Source: Mobula hypostoma (Eukaryota). Taken from it: 64,000 nucleotides of DNA. A program made the position numbers and the translations under genes. Positions 61,406 to 64,000 of this stretch are shown here, piece after piece. Positions within the stretch are counted from its first letter, which is position 1; each line of letters opens with the position of its first letter. Location: positions 33,544,001-33,608,000 of the forward strand of contig NC_086097.1 of assembly GCF_963921235.1 (NCBI RefSeq), written 5' to 3'. The notes beneath the pieces were generated by a model. It saw only the letters and a program-made list of their open reading frames with translations, had not been told where the DNA came from and did no database searches.

Positions 61406-63921
61406 AGGCCTCACCTTTGTCCCCCTTCGCCCACACCTCAGCGAGTTCCGTGTTCGCCATGATGCGGAACTCTTCTTCCGCCGTCTCCGTCTCCGAGCCT
61501 ACTTCTTCGGCAAGGACTCTTCCACCCCCACCAATGACCCCTTCTCCCGTCTTCAACCCTCCTCTTCTTCATGGACACCCCGCTCTGGTCTTCTGCCTGC
61601 TCTGGATCTCTTTATCGCTAACTGCCGACGGGACATCAACCGTCTCGACTTTGCCGCATCTTGTTCCCATTCCAACCTCACTCCTTCCGAATGCTCTGCT
61701 CTCCACTCCCTCCGCACTAATCCTAACCTTACTATTAAACCCGCTGATAAGGGAGGGTGCTGTTGTAGTCTGGCAGACTGACCTCTACCTTGCCAAGGCA
61801 CAGCGACAACTCGCGGATACCTCCTCTTATTTATCCCTCGATCGTGACCCCACTAAGGAGCACCAGGCCATTGTCTCCCACACCATCACCGACTTTATCC
61901 GCTCAGGGGATCTCCCATCCACTGCTACCAACCTTATAGTTCCCACACCTCGCACTTCCCGTTTCTACCTCCTACCCAAGATCCACAAACCTGCCTGTCC
62001 TGGCAGACCTACTGTCTCAGTTTGCTCCTGCCCCACTGAACTCGTTTCTGCATACCTCGAAACGGTTCTATCCCCCCTTGTTCAATCCCTTCCTACCTAT
62101 GTCCGTGACACTTCTCCCGCTCTTAAACTTTTCAATGATTTTAAGTTCCCTGGCCCCCACTGCTTTATTTTCACCATGTATGTCCAGTCCCTATATACTT
62201 CCATCCCCCATCAGGAAGGTCTCAAAGCTCTCCGCTTCTTTTTGGATTCCAGACCTAATCAGTTCCCCTCTACCACCACTCTGCTCCGTCTAGCGGAATT
62301 AGTCCTTACTCTCAATAATTTCTCCTTTGGCTCCTCCCACCTCCTCCAAACTAAAGGTGTAGCTATGGGCACCCGTATGGGTCCTAGCTATGCCTGCCTT
62401 TTTGTTGGCTTTGTGGAACAACCTATGTTCCATACCTATTGTGGTATCTGTCCCCCACTTTTCCTTTGCTACATCGACGACTGCATTGGCGCTGCTTCCT
62501 GCACGCATGCTGAGCTCGTTGACTTTATTAACTTTGCCTCCAACTTTCACCCTGCCCTCAAATTTACCTGGTCCATTTCCGACACCTCCCTCCCCTTTCT
62601 AGATCTTTCTGTCTCTGTCTCTGGAGACAGCTTATCCACTGATGTCTACTATAAGACTACTGACTCTCACAGCTCTCTGGACTATTCCACTTCTCACCCT
62701 GTCTCCTGCAAAAATGCCATCCCCTTCTCGTAATTCCTCCGTCTCCGCCGCATCTGCTCTCAGGATGAGACTTTTCATTCCAGGACGAGGGTGATGTCCT
62801 CCTTTTTTAAAGAAAGGGGCTTCCCTTCTTCCACCATCAACTCTGCTCTCAAATGCATCTCCCCCATTACCACATTTGCTCTCACTCCATCCTCCTGCCA
62901 CCCCACTAGGAATAGGGTTCCCCTGGTCCTCACCTACCACCCCACCAGCCTCCGGGTCCAACATATTATTCTCCGTAACTTCCGCCACCTCCAACGGGAT
63001 CCCACCACTAAGCACATCTTTCCCTCCCCGCCCCCCCGCTTTCCGCAGGGATCGCTCCCTACGCGACTCCCTTGTCCATTTGTCTCCCCCCCATCCCTCC
63101 CCACTGATCTCCCTCCTGACACTTATCCTTGTAAGCGGAACAAGTGCTACACATGCCCTTACACTTCCTCCCTTACCACCATTCAGGGCCCCAGACAGTC
63201 CTTCCAGGTGAGGCGACACTTCACCTGTGAGTCGGCTGGGGTGATATACTGCGTCCGGTGCTCCCGATGTGGCCTTCTATATATTGGTGAGACCCGACGC
63301 AGATTGGGAGACCGCTTTGCTGAACACCTACGCTCTGTCAGAGAAAGCAGGATCTCCCAGTGACCACACATTTTAATTCCACATCCCATTCCCATTCTGA
63401 CATGTCTATCCACTGCCTCCTCTACTGTAAAGATGAAGCCACACTCAGGTTGGAGGAACAACACCTTATATTCCGTCTGGGTAGCCTCCAACCTGATGAA
63501 CATTGACTTCTCTAACTTCCGCTAATGCCCCCCCTCCCCCTCATACCCCATCCGTTATTTATTTTTATACATACATTCTTTCTCTCACTCTCCTTTTTCT
63601 CCCTCTGTCCCTCTGACTATACCCCTTGCCCATCCTCTGGGTTCCCCCCCCCCACTTGTCTTTCTCCCTGGGCCTACTGTCCCATGATCCTCTCATATCC
63701 CCTTTGCCAATCATCTGTCCAGCTCTTGGCTCCATCCCTCCCCCGCCTGTCTTCTCCTATCATTTTGGTTCCCCCCCTCCCCCTCCCACTTTCAAATCTC
63801 TTACGAACTCTTCCTTCAGTTAGTCCTGACGAAGGGTCTCGGCCTGAAACGTCGACTGTACCTCTTCCTAGAGATGCTGCCTGGCCTGCTGCGTTCACCA
63901 GCAACTTTGATGTGTGTTGTT
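61406..63921 (+). mobile_element. Penelope-like retroelement (RT + GIY-YIG endonuclease), 5'-truncated and mildly disrupted
   Basis: KGLTFVP, KPADKG, FYLLPKIHK, SLYTSIP, GVAMGTRMGP, YIDD, LPFLD and VIYCVRCSRCGLLYIGET...RFAEH. Frameshifts near 61755 and 63030, stops at 62731 and 63361. TSD TCATTAACCAG at 61384 and 63922. Confidence 0.95.
63822..63857 (+). ncRNA. Minimal type I hammerhead ribozyme in the Penelope terminal repeat
   Basis: AGTC-CTGACGA-AGG(gtctcgg)CCT-GAAA-CG-TC^GACT: stem I AGUC/GACU, intact core, palindromic ACGU stem III. Confidence 0.75.
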
Positions 63922-64000
63922 TCATTAACCAGTTACACTGGCTGTGGTAACCACAGTCTCTGTTAACCAATTACACTGATACGCACATCCCCTGTTAATC

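Overview
This is eukaryotic, intron-rich, transposon-dense vertebrate DNA. The repeat landscape (CR1 and Rex1/Babar LINEs, V-SINE-like elements, Penelope-like elements) suggests a cartilaginous fish, probably a ray; this is an inference. Three host-gene loci are visible. (1) A divergent, probably decaying estrogen-related receptor (ESRR/NR3B) gene on +. It has two open exons with intact splice sites (27468-27584, zinc finger 2; 28711-28824, C-terminal extension/hinge) and only faint relics of the zinc-finger-1 and first ligand-binding exons. (2) A ZC2HC1C-like gene on + (coding 43039-44604 and 49541-49777) with an RFX/forkhead-type promoter near 41.15 kb. (3) The 3' half of a NEK9-like gene on - (RCC1 repeats to C-terminus, 61367 down to 52744), with a tandemly duplicated exon and an altered tail. 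The rest is nested TEs (CR1 in Rex1; a solo LTR and a younger CR1 in an older CR1; a truncated IR/DR Tc1; a Penelope-like element with a minimal hammerhead ribozyme) and two ~1.6 kb minisatellites. One minisatellite brackets the ESRR zinc-finger exon in inverted orientation. There are no prokaryotic features or CRISPR arrays. All alignments were made by eye, reference proteins are recalled from memory, and TE boundaries are approximate unless a junction is quoted.
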